DNA of 50,822 nucleotides, counting the filler, from Sphacelaria rigidula (Eukaryota): NCBI GenBank assembly GCA_964200075.2. It is 2 parts of 2 records of this genome, joined end to end, with 100 filler letters (N's around TTAATTAATTAA, not from the genome) between each part and the next. Parts side by side here need not be neighbours in the genome. Positions count along the whole stretch, not along the records: positions 1 to 25,381 come from CAXNAA020000169.1; 1 more part is not named here. The stretch is one strand, 5' to 3'. Below are positions 1 to 9,728 of this stretch, piece by piece. Each line of letters opens with the position of its first letter. Position 1 is the first letter of the stretch. Made by a program: the position numbers and the translations under genes. The notes beneath the pieces were generated by a model. It worked only from the letters and a program-made list of their open reading frames with translations, had not been told where the DNA came from and ran no database searches.

Positions 1-69
1 AGAGCTTGATTCAAAGACCAAGTCTCTCTTCACCGTCGATCTGTTTTCGATCGTGAGATCTGTCCCGAT

Positions 70-520
70 ATTATTGTTAGTCGTGTAGATATGACACGAT
101 TGTTTTTTCCAGCTCGCCTTATAATTCCGTCTCTTTTCTCCGGATTTATGACACGGCGAGTCAAGTTAGCGCGTATTTTTTTATCTTGAACCGATTTGAT
201 TCGCGTTCATGTCTGAATATTATCTTAGTCGTGTAGGCCTGCCACGAGAAATTATTGCAGCTCGCCTTAATTATTTAATTTATTTATTTTTTCGCGAATT
301 TTGTGGGCGGCGAGTCACTTAGCGCGTACTATTCAACTTGGTTTGATTTTTTACGCGTTTCATTTATTTATTTTCAGACATTCTGTTGGTCGTGTAAGTA
401 TGACACGATTTTTTTTCTAGCTCGCCTTATACTCTTCTTTTTTTTTTCGAATTTTGAGATGGCGAGTCAAATTAGCGCGCATTATCCAACTTGTGTTTAT
501 TCGATACGCGTTAATGAGTT
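70..520. repeat. Three imperfect tandem copies of a 150-160 bp unit in the retrotransposon 3' region
   Basis: Recurring T(A/G)GTCGTGTA...CACGA...AGCTCGCCTTA...GGCGAGTCA...TTAGCGCG starting near 78, 226 and 387. Confidence 0.85.
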
Positions 521-545
521 GTTGACATTGTGGTATCTCGTCCGC

Positions 546-2200
546 TCAGTACTCTAAGTCTGCTGACGGCCCGTAGCCTTCAAGACGGAGACGGTACTTG
601 TAATTTTGATGGCTCTTTCTTCCCGGACCTCGTTTGTGGCCCACCACCTTGTCAACGATGTAACGTTCAATTCTTGGTTTCTTTACTTCCGGACGGTCAA
701 GTTGGGGCAGGGGTAGTTTTTTGCCTAGGAAATACTCGTCGAGTTGGTCAAACTCGGGAGCTGAGGCTCGTTCTCGTGGATAATATTGCTTAAGGTGAGC
801 GAGGTGTACCGACGACCCTTTCGCATCTTCGCTTGACTTGACCTTATAGACAACCGGAGAAATTTGTTTGACGACCTTGTATGGCCCCCGCCATGGTAAT
901 ACCAACTTTGGATTAGGACCGTCTGTATCTTGGTGTGGCCTGAACAATAGCACTTGTTGGCCAGGTTTTAAAACAGGATATGGCTTGAGCTTATCATTGC
1001 TTGCCTTTTGTTTGTCTGCTCGTTTTTCCAAGTTGCGTCTGGCAATTTCAAAAGCAATCTGCAAGTTCTTTTGTCTCTTCCGCGTATTGTTCAGCATCCA
1101 CAGCGTGCCTTTTTTCGGAAATGCCCAAAATAATGTCGACATGTAATTTTGGTTGACGTCCGGACATGAGAAAATAGGGTGTTTCTTGCACTGAGGTATT
1201 GAATGATGTATTATACGCCATTTGCACGAAGGGTAGCATAGACGCCCAGTTGTCTTGTTCGACAGTGCTCTATGCATGGCTAACATTGCGCGCAAATTCG
1301 AGTGTACGCGTTCTAGAACAGAGTTGCCTTGAGGGTGGAATGGTGTCGTGCGTGTTTTGTCGAACTTAAGAATCAACTGCAACTGGTATATTACCCGGTT
1401 GTCCAACGCCTTCCCGCGATCAGAATGTAATTTTTTCGGGTATCGCAAATGTCGTGAAGACACGGTCTACCAACATTCTTGCCACAATATTAGCGGATTT
1501 GTTCGGTATGGGAATAAACAGTGCATATTGTGTCAGATGATCCATCACAGACAGTACATACTTACACGGCACGCCCGGGTGACGAATTCGAAACCGTCTT
1601 GTATTCGACAAGATCTATCGATGTCCGCTCAAAAGGTCTGTTCACGGGTACGTGGCCTACAGGCAATTTCGGACGGTTATGGGCCGTCTTTCTTCTCTGA
1701 CATGAGTGGCAACGTTGACACCACTTTCGCACATCTTGGCTCAATGTCGACCAATAATATTTGTTCTTAATATTTTCATACGTCGGTTTGAATCCAAGGT
1801 GACCTCCAGACAACAGATGATCGTGATAAGAGTGCCGAACGAAATTAACCAGAGCTTCTGGTAGCACTAGTCTATCGCGGTCGGTGCCTTTTTTTCGAAG
1901 GTTCCCTGGCAAGTATGACCTGAACAAAATACCGTCACGAAGCAAAAAGTAGGACATAAAAGTCAGTGCCCCCTGTTCCGGTAACGATGCGTTGTCGTCT
2001 GTCAGATATTGAATATAAGAGCCATATTCTTTTGCCCGTTCGGTTCGCAACTTGTCTTTGTTTGCAGATGTGAAAATATGTGTAGCGTTTGTGTGGGTAG
2101 CATTGACGGTAAATAGCTCTCTGTCGCTCTGTACTGGTTTGAGATTATCCAATTTATCCACTGAAATTTGAAACGGTTGGTGCGGTTTCTTCGCGTGCAA
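546..2200 (-). pseudogene. Gypsy integrase with C-terminal chromodomain (multiple frameshifts)
   Basis: HHCC zinc finger (HDHLLSGGHLG...CQRCHSCQ), DDE core (SIDLV, LHSDRG, VLERVH), GPY/F motif (KLVLPWRGPY) and chromodomain (YIVDKVVGHK...YRLRLEGYG), spread over ORFs 1562-2200, 1420-1611, 1048-1239 and 546-1463. Confidence 0.93.
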
Positions 2201-2311
2201 TTCGGGATCTTCTGGGACGTTCCGACAAATTGGCGCGAGCAGGGGTTTGACCTCATTATTCTGGTCTCCTTCAAACCGAAAGAGCCTTGACAGAGTGTCC
2301 GGAACGGTATT

Positions 2312-3872
2312 TCATTTTCCCGGTTTGTGCCTCACAGTGAAGTCAAAGGACTGTAAAGCTATCGCCCATCTTGTCAACATATTGCTCGTGTCTTGCATGG
2401 AGTAGAGGTACCGTAGTGCTGCATGGTCTGCCACACACGAGAAATGTTTTCCCCATAAAAAGGGCCTCCAGTGTTGTATAATTAATACCACTCCATAACA
2501 TTCTTTGAGTTTAGCGGAGTAGTGCCCTTGAGCATGATCGAAACGCTGACTGCAATACGCTACGATTGCAGTTTTTCCCCCCTTTATCTTGGGTGAGCAC
2601 CGAACCAGCACCCTCTCCAGGCGCGTCAACTTGAATGGTGAACTCCTTTGAAAAGTCTGGGAAGTAAAGGACAGGAGCGGTGGTGAGAAGCCTTTTTACT
2701 TCGGCAAAAGCTGCATCGTGTTCGTGATCCCAGCGTTTTGTTACTTCCTTGGCTGCCTCTTTTTTCGTTACATCTACCAACGGGGCGATTACCTGTGCGA
2801 GATTCGGAATGAATTTTCTCACAAAATTAACCGTCCCTAACACTGAACGTAATTGTTTGATGTTCGTTGGTGTAGGTAAATCCAAGATGGCCTTTACGCG
2901 GTCTTCCCCAATTTTGATCCTGTCGGCGGACAAAGTGTAGCCGAGGTACTTGACCTCCTTGGGACCAAACTGTGCTTTAGAGGGCTTCAGGGTAAGACCC
3001 GCTTTTTTCAGTGCTTCGAACATGTCTTCCAGTAGGGTGAGGTGACTTCCCCATGTGGAGGAGCAGACGATCAAATCATCCATGTACACCAACAGACCGC
3101 TCCTGGGTCCAAAGTGTGAGAAAGTAAGAGCCATTATTCGCGAGAAAATGAACGGGAAAGATGCTAGGCCGAACGGTAGCCTATTGAAAACCCACTTACC
3201 TTTCTCTGTAACAAGGGTCGTTTTTTCTTTCTCCTCCTCCGCTATTGGGATCTGATGGAACGCGCTCTGCACATCAAAGACAGAGATAAATTTGGTGCCT
3301 GCCACCGTATCTACATGACTTTCCAAATTAAGCATTGGCCATGATTTTCGCACAAGACATTTATTGAGCGTGGATCTGTATTCAACACAAAATCGGGCGG
3401 TACCATCATGTTTAGCTACGATCGTCACTGCCGAGCCCCATGGGCTGGGTCTTTGTTCGATTATTCCGTCTTTTTCCATCTCCTGTACGCAGTTGTCGAT
3501 GACTTCTTGAATTCTGGGGTTGGCTCTGTACGGGGCCCGATCGACGGGCTTGGTGCCCGGGACAAGGGGAAAAATTTCTTCCCCAATTGTACAACAACCT
3601 AATTTTCGTTGTGACAGTGAGAACACGGACCTGTAATTGATGCATAGGTCGAGTACTTGGCTCTTCTGATTTTCAGAAAACGTGCTATGTTTAAATGCAT
3701 TTTGGAGCGCTGTTGTAAGTTCTTCTCGGGCGTCAGTATTTTGCCGTTCAGCTTGTGAAGTTTCACCGGCGTTTCCCGTCGGGTCATTTTTTTCGACTTG
3801 TGTGATGTGTCCCAAAAGTAAAATTCTTGGGAGTTGGACGTGTTTATTCGACGGGTTTGCTACTTGAACCAT
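2312..3872 (-). pseudogene. Gypsy reverse transcriptase and RNase H (frameshifted)
   Basis: RT motifs PSPWGSAVTIVAK, FDVQSAFHQIP, RLPFGL, YMDD and YLGY. RNase H motifs TIQVDA, VAYCSQR, ECYGVV, DHAAL and RWAIALQSFDFTVRHKPGK are split over two frames. Confidence 0.95.
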
Positions 3873-4016
3873 AGCTGTTTTGTTGACCGCTGACCAGGTG
3901 AGGGATGTGCGTGCTACAACGAGGCGGCTAAAAGCATCCGGTACTTTGTTGGATTGGAGGTCTTCACTCGTTACAATTCTTGGCTCAATGACCGCTTCAG
4001 TCGTAAATTTTGGCGG

Positions 4017-4926
4017 TTAATTTGTTTCGACCAGGAGAGCCATCTCACTTCGCGGCGGGACGGAGCACCTTTTTGATATATACACCGGTACATTTCCAGC
4101 CGATGCTACCCGTATGACAGAGCAATAATCATATTCTGAAAACTTCGAATGAACTTTTCTGTCTTTTCTTCGGTGAGTAGCTGTAAGGCGAACTGTTGAA
4201 CTACGAAACGCCAGGGTTTCTGCGTGCCAATCGAGAATCCCGCCAAATGCGCTCATCACCGAATTCTTTATCAGCATGAGATCTGGCCCGATATTCCTGA
4301 GGACAGATGCTTCGACGGGCATGGTTATGTCACCCAGCGTGAGGTCAAAGCGAATGAATCCCTTGAGTGATTGGTGAACCGTCAGCACTTCTTAGATCGA
4401 CAGAACGCGATGGGACGGATTGAATGTCCTGCTCTCTCAAAGTGGGATGTGCACGAATGAACTTGAGACTGATTATGGGAAGATCCGAAGCAGTATCAAT
4501 GGTTATGGCCGAAACCTCCATTCCGTTGACTCTGGCGGGAACCTCCACTCTTGCTGATGCAGGTCGTAACGTTGCCGGCTTCCTAGTGTAGCGGGCCAAC
4601 GAAGACACGAAGAGAGGCTCGAATTCTGCCGAGCCTGGGGGCAAAATTTCGGATCTGTGCTTTTCAATATTTTTTAGAGACGTCTTGGTTATAAAAGCAG
4701 CTTGGGGCGCAATTTCCAGGTAGCGATGCTTCCCACGTAAAATCTGATCTTGACCTGTTGTATTCCCCACTTGCTCTTTCGTTCTAGCCTTTGCAACTGT
4801 AACCTCTTCCACATGTACTCTCTTACATGACCTCACAGAAGAAGCTACGCCTTGGCTAGCAAACTGCAGACGTTTCTTGCCCTTTTTATTTCCCACCAGA
4901 GGGTCGGCACCTATTTCGTGGTGCAC
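4017..4926 (-). pseudogene. Gypsy gag C-terminus and aspartic protease (frameshifted)
   Basis: ORF 4345-4926 has ITIDTASDLPIIS (D-T-A variant of the DTG/DSG site). The retropepsin fold continues in another frame at 4017-4388 (GFIRFDLTLG...DLMLIKNSVMSAFGGILDW). Confidence 0.75.
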
Positions 4927-4929
4927 AGT

Positions 4930-5900
4930 TTTTTCCCTCGAGTTTCCGTACTTTTGCGTAACACGTGTTACCTTAGAACCTCCATCTTTGATAGATTCTA
5001 CGGTAGTTACTCTTCTCGCTTCATATACTCGACAGAAATTTCAGTGTGGCATGATCCGTCACCCAGGTATAGAATGTCGACCCCCATAAAACGGGGCGCC
5101 ATGATGTATCGGGGTTTTTTTTTACACCCACATAACATTCCCTGGGTCTCACAGAGTGCTGCCGCTGAGCGTGGTTCAAACGTTGGCTGCTATATTTTAT
5201 GAGCACACCTCGTCGCCTTCCATTAGATCGAAACCGAGCCGGCCTCTCCCGTTGACGCCTCTGGTTGGATGGCTTAGAAAATTCTGGGAAATTGAGGACC
5301 AGTGTGTTCGTCAGAAACCGTTATGTTCTACAAGGCTGTGCCATGTTCAGGCTTCCAACGCTGAGGGCTGCGCAGTCACTCCTACGAGGTTCGATATAAG
5401 TTACCTTACGAACGGAATCGTGCCGATCACTGAAAGTAAGTGCTTGCGATGTTGGTCGGTTTGGTCATCTCCTACTTTGATACCATTCGCTGACAGCGCA
5501 TGTCTCAGGTACTGTTTTGGTCCAAATTTAATTGTCGATGGTTCAGGGATCACGACCGACGCTGTTTTTAGAGCTTGAGCATGCGTTCGAGTCAGTAGGG
5601 TAAACCCCCTGCCCTATCACGAGGTCAAACAGATGAGTCCACTATTCGTTCATCGCTAAAATATCCGCAATTTCCGGTGGTGTACCGTAATTTCTTAATT
5701 TAAAGATCCAGATCAAAATATCCGCGTGGATGTGACCGGATGATCTTTTGAAGTGAATATGAGTAGGTCTGATTCGAAATCAACGACCCTTGCCTACAAC
5801 CTTGCTCTTCACTCTGTCGGCAGGTTGAAGAGGCGTCAACCCATAATGCAACGCCACCCGTCCGTTGGGGTACCGAGTAACATGCAACATAATATCAGTC
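4930..5900 (-). pseudogene. Second, heavily deleted Gypsy pol fragment (RT C-terminus and RNase H) paralogous to the adjacent element
   Basis: Minus-strand peptides ALKTASVVIPEPSTIKFGPKQYLRHALSANGIKVGDD, LSVIGTIPFVR, LVLNFPEFSK and YSSQRLNHAQRQHS...WRPVLWGS...DHATLKFL mirror those encoded at 2312-3050. Confidence 0.8.
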
Positions 5901-6099
5901 CGCGAGTTGAGCTATTCATGTTGAACGACCGTGGACACATCGCTTGTTCGACGGCTGTATTACGAAAGCTGCTTAGGAGATGATGAGTCAAAATACGGAG
6001 GCTGTTCATATTACACACCGCACTCCGTTTTTTTTTTCGACTCTTGGGTGCTATCGGACTGTGTGTACTCCCTCTTGATTTCAAGAGTTTGTCGGTTAT

Positions 6100-6455
6100 G
6101 GGTTTATCCCCCCTATACACCTCTCCCTTGTTGCATGCGTTCTGTGATGTAGAGCATTGAACCGTCTGCAATTTGCAACTCCTCTCAACTTATGAGCTGT
6201 GAGATGCGGCAAGGCCGTCCATACACCCTCTTTCACTTGCTAAATGCAAGGGTATGATAAGGTAGTGAATTCGCAGATTGGGTAGTTCCACCTATACATC
6301 TCCATTTGCATGCGTTTTGAGATGTGAGCTTTCAAACTGTCTGCAATTTGCAACTCCTGTCAACTTGTGAGCTGTGAGATGCGGCAAATCCGTTTGTACA
6401 CCTTGCGCGTGCTAAGTGGTCGGGTATGTAAGGTAGAGCATTTGCAGGTTGGGTA
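6100..6455. repeat. Tandem duplication of about 176 bp
   Basis: TTGCATGCGTT...TCTGCAATTTGCAACTCCT.TCAACTT.TGAGCTGTGAGATGCGGCAA occurs at about 6131 and 6306. Confidence 0.85.
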
Positions 6456-6808
6456 CTACTTTCTTCAGTGCTATCTCAAATCACCGCGTTTGTAGAGGTC
6501 GGCCTGCTTGATTGATTGCAAATCCTCTAGTACTAACGCAGTGGTGAGAGGTGAGTTGATGGGTGTGGCTCCGCAACTTGACAAGCCCTGAATGAACACA
6601 TGACCACTCTGACCTCTCAACCGAAAGAATTGTGCACATGACCCATGCATTTCACCTGCTATTGCACTCCTTGCACAGCCCTGGCGTCCCTGGCGTCCAA
6701 GCAACATCTTGTTGTTTGTTCTTACGAGCGCCTCGACCGGTGTAGTAGGTGTCGCTGTTTCTGCGTTAGCTAAAAATATCTAGTGTGCCCCGCACACGTG
6801 TTTACTAA

Positions 6809-6822
6809 ACTGGTGTTCGCCA
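6809..6822 (-). promoter_or_regulatory. Primer-binding site complementary to the tRNA-Ser(GCU) 3' end
   Basis: Minus strand TGGCGAACACCAGT lies 1 nt after an LTR-end CA. It matches the complement of the tRNA end seen at 7005-7017 (TGGCGACACCAGT) with one extra A. Confidence 0.75.
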
Positions 6823-6823
6823 A

Positions 6824-6958
6824 TGTGCAAGTCGTGAGACTCCTGGTGACGGTGGAAACCGTCGAAGGTGGCCGATGATTTCCCGCGGGTTATGTAGTCA
6901 AGGACTGACCGTTAGTCGTGGGGTTGAGGCGAAGTGGATCACTCGGGAAAGCTCGACG
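6824..6958 (-). repeat. 135-bp duplicate of the LTR 3' end (putative R-U5)
   Basis: Colinear with 7019-7153, with about 9 mismatches counted by eye. Confidence 0.9.
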
Positions 6959-7017
6959 TTGGCTTGCTAAGTCAATGCGCCTCGCACGCGTGAGTTCGAA
7001 TCTCACTGGTGTCGCCA
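6959..7017 (+). pseudogene. 5'-truncated tRNA-Ser(GCU) copy (anticodon arm to CCA) embedded in the retrotransposon
   Basis: Anticodon stem-loop TTGGC-TTGCTAA-GTCAA (GCT at 6966-6968), long variable arm, T-arm GTGAG-TTCGAAT-CTCAC, acceptor 3' strand TGGTGTC, discriminator G and CCA. The D-arm and 5' acceptor strand are absent. Confidence 0.88.
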
Positions 7018-7018
7018 A

Positions 7019-7319
7019 TGTGGAAGTCGTGAGACTCCCGGTGACAGTGGAAACCGTCGAAGGTGGCCGATGATTTCCCTCGGGTTATGTAGTCAAGGAT
7101 TGACCGTAAGTGGTGGGGTTGAGGCAAAGTGGATCACTCTGGAAAGCTCGACGAGCGCGAGCGAGTTAGCCCGAAAACGAAGTCTGAGAGTCTTGGTCAA
7201 GAGTGATGCCCCAGGGATAGCCAGCAGTTCGCTGGGAAAATCCCTGTTACCTTGGGGTCCCAGATTCGGCTGTACAGATATGGCAGTTTCGGGGCTCCTG
7301 CGAACTTACCCCTGTAACA
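7019..7319 (-). repeat. Putative 5' LTR (301 bp)
   Basis: Minus strand starts TGTTACAG and ends TTCCACA, then 1 nt and TGG (PBS). The outer boundary at 7319 is inferred from the TGT...ACA termini only. Confidence 0.65.
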
Positions 7320-8461
7320 GCCGTTCACTAGGTTACACGTCATGAAAGGAAATCTCTCCGCACATGACCAAATGGCGATCTCCTCAAATCACATTTTTTC
7401 CTGGGAGATGCTGGTGATCAGTACAAGACGTATCTCATGGTGGAGTGCCGTTGTTGAAAAGGCAGTCTGAACGCCCGACCGCCTGCAGTCAGATCACGTG
7501 AAGCAATCTATCAGGACGGTAATCTGTTGAGGCTACCCAGATTCGGGCACAGAGCATACTGATCATTTTTCTTTCTCGTTGGTTCACACCTTGAGATTAC
7601 CTGGACGCTTAGGTCCCCTCAATTTGGTGCATGGTCAGCGCGGTAGCATCAGGTGGCTGTGGTGCGAGTTACAGCCTTGGTTGCATTGCCAGCCTTCGGC
7701 TTCACTTAGGTGAACAACTACAGTGAAGATATAAAAGGCAGCCCGCATCAGCCACATGTCGTCAATATTAGGGCAATCCAAATGAACTTCATCTCGCTGG
7801 AGAAGGCATGGTTGTCGAATTAAATAGCAAAACGTGAGACGTGTCGGGTTGACAGCCATGACTGCCAGCACCATAATTTCTTTCCCACGGGTCCTATCTT
7901 TTCAGGGTATAAGACATTGTAGACCGAAACGAGGACAAAGCTTTTGGTCCTCATGTGTAAACAAAAGAGAGCCCGTTCCAGCCACCCGACCTTCGCTATA
8001 GCGGTGTCGTGCTTTTGTCGTGCTATCGAACAACAACTCATACGGTACACATCGAACGCTATGACGTTGCAGTCATTTCAAAATGTATTCAACTGCCGGT
8101 ATCTACCGGTGTAACGGCTAACACATATCACCATCACATTACCAAAAATTCCCACAGGATAACCTCCGGTAATTGTCGGCGATCCACATTTACCCAAATC
8201 GCCTGACCTTAGGTTACCCGAAATATTCCTGTTCAGATGAACCCCACAAGATTATGCCTGAAACAATACTGTACGGGTACATGCTCATGTGTTGAGGGTG
8301 GTTCTCACCTAAGGAAACATTATTCTCCGTAGTCACACAACCCACAGGTATTGAGCAGACCTCATTTTTGTTCCAAACACGCGCTCAAAATTGGCGGTGA
8401 GCTGCCCCCTAGATATCACACAAGTCAGTTTTCTCTCAATACTGCCGCCGCTCCCCGGTGG

Positions 8462-8881
8462 TGTAATGGTCCGACTGTCGTCATGAGGGTGGAGAGAACG
8501 GGGGTTTGATCACCGATGCGTGGGGTTTTTCTTCATAATGTATGATTTCCACCGTGGAAAGCGTGAGAACGTGAGTGAACAAAGTAGTCGACTGGGTTTG
8601 TGTCACGTGAGTTGACGACGCGGGGCGGGAGTGCTGACCCAATCCGCGAGACCAAAAATGAAAGGCGCGTACCGGGGGAGAGATGGCTTGATCCCTTGAG
8701 ACCACGGATTCACCCTGCGGAAGGGGAGAGGTTAAAAGTGTGTGAGAAATACATGTCAATATCTGTACCGGGGATAGCACATAACACATAGGAAATGAGA
8801 ATATTGAAATGGCCGTGTTCACATGGAGCCCACAGCACACAAACCTCTCCACAACAAGCCGTTGACAGGACGGACTACACA
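8462..8881. mobile_element. Putative solo LTR (420 bp)
   Basis: Begins TGTAATGGTCCG and ends CGGACTACACA (imperfect inverted termini). Flanked by the 5-bp direct repeat GGTGG at 8457-8461 and 8882-8886. Confidence 0.65.
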
Positions 8882-9728
8882 GGTGGGACAACTGAAGGTA
8901 GATGAATGGCAGATACAACGATACTCGGAAGGTAACTCGCAATACTGCGTGCGCCAGACTTAGGCTTATTGCAGTATGTTCTTGTTTTCATTCACTGCAT
9001 TGCCCCCTCACAAATAAATACCAAAGCTGATGTGGGGGGTATTGAACCAGGAGCCGGGAATAATATTGCTCACGCCATTGAGGAAAGGGTATGGACCTGC
9101 CGGTATGCATTGGAAACGTGGTTGTCCCCCAAGAAACATGTTCCAACATGTGATTTCACGCCGACCGTGGATATAGCGACTGATCGGTATACACCGAGTC
9201 GAAAGGAGGCGTGATGTATCGTTGCGACAAGGTATGCCAAACACCATATATGCGGGATGTAATGTTTGTCCAGCATATATATATATGTATATATATATAC
9301 GTTTGTTGGCCGTGCCCATTGCTTGGCTATGATACGGCCCGTCATTCAACACGTTTTGGACAATACACAGTACATGCTTCGGGCGGAGTAAATCTTGGCA
9401 AAGGAGGCAAAACGACAGTTGCATGATAAACGGTTGGGGTCCTAATTACCGGGTTATAGTAGCACAGCAAGCGCTCAATGTCACCACCATCAACCCACGT
9501 AAACAGCAGTCATTTCTACAGTGGAGTGCACTTGTGGTGTGTGCAGTTTCGGGATTGGGCGAGAGCCAAACCACATGAAGCCAGCAGCAGTGCTGCCTTT
9601 TGAGAGTGTGCACTCCCCGAAAGTGGGTCATATATCGTTGCCTCTTGCGCCAACATAGTTTTCCGTCGAACTATATTGAACATACTCGGCCGTAAAGTGC
9701 TGTGGCGACGGGCACACTACAAGCTTAC

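Larger units (their letters stand above)
1..7319 (-). mobile_element. Degenerate Ty3/Gypsy LTR retrotransposon (chromovirus-like); 3' LTR presumably outside the window; possibly a composite of two related elements
   Basis: Gypsy domain order PR-RT-RH-IN plus a C-terminal chromodomain in the minus-strand ORFs at 546-4926. LTR-like segment 7019-7319 (TGT...ACA) is followed on the minus strand by a tRNA-complementary PBS. Confidence 0.9.

Noticed and set aside
6900-7017. Functional tRNA-Ser gene
   Set aside because: No D-arm, A-box or 5' acceptor strand. The upstream sequence is a copy of the LTR end.
6809-7153. Phage/ICE-like integration site at a tRNA 3' end
   Set aside because: The eukaryotic context, orientation and 1-nt spacing to a CA-ending LTR fit retroelement priming better.
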